Shown: in pieces, positions 63,737 to 64,000 of the stretch
Position numbering within the stretch: the first letter of the stretch is position 1
Layout of the letters: each line of letters begins with the position of its first letter
Source: Negaprion brevirostris
Lineage: Eukaryota
Direction of reading: 5' to 3'
Length of the DNA stretch: 64,000 nt
Assembly (NCBI GenBank): GCA_030324005.1
Contig: JARDVH010000163.1
Location: 90,042,238 to 90,106,237, forward strand
Notes under the pieces: model-generated
Database searches by the model: none
Seen by the model: the letters and a program-made list of their open reading frames with translations, nothing else
Told to the model about the DNA's origin: nothing
Translations under genes and position numbers: made by a program

Positions 63737-63878
63737 CGTAAGAAGTCTCACAACATCAGGTTAAAGTCCAACATTTTTATTTGGTAATAAATACCACTAG
63801 CTTTCAGGGTTTTCTTTTTAACCTGGTGTTGTGAGACTTCTTACTATATTTACCCCAGTCCAACACCGTCATCTCCAC
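63737..63878. mobile_element. Short PLE-associated palindromic insertion with a 12-bp target-site duplication
   Basis: 28-bp inverted arms at 63738-63765 and 63817-63844 with one mismatch. Flanking direct repeat tttattaaaaat at 63725-63736 and 63879-63890. Confidence 0.75.
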
Positions 63879-64000
63879 TTTATTAAAAATGACAGTGGGA
63901 AATTGTGACTGAGTGAGATCTGCCTACAACTTCACCAACTAATCAAAATCACACTGAACTGTTTGAAAAGGATCTTTAAAAAAAATACAAGCAAGGATAC

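Overview
This is eukaryotic, AT-rich draft-assembly DNA with many N gaps. The repeat content points to a cartilaginous fish, probably a shark (inference from repeat families only): HE1-type V-SINEs, many CR1/HER1-type LINE fragments, DeuSINE-like relics, Penelope-like 3' ends and Harbinger relics. No intact protein-coding gene, rRNA, tRNA or CRISPR array can be supported. Nearly all supplied ORFs are chance ORFs, gap artefacts or decayed transposon frames, and the window looks intronic or intergenic. Items worth follow-up: (1) a ~550-bp CpG-retaining, coding-like segment at ~36.1-36.7 kb whose decayed minus-strand frame weakly resembles a bornavirus-type nucleoprotein (candidate endogenous viral element, unverified); (2) up to three phase-compatible plus-strand exon candidates of an unidentified gene (13.2, 38.0 and 38.5 kb); (3) a 230-bp inverted copy of a neighbouring locus inserted between 11-bp direct repeats; (4) an orphan, decayed C2H2 zinc finger; (5) Penelope-associated palindromes and decayed hammerhead-like cores; (6) a CR1 with ORF1 and endonuclease but no RT; (7) a gag-like relic with a CCHC knuckle. 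All family names come from by-eye motif recognition, and most repeat boundaries are approximate (tens of bp).
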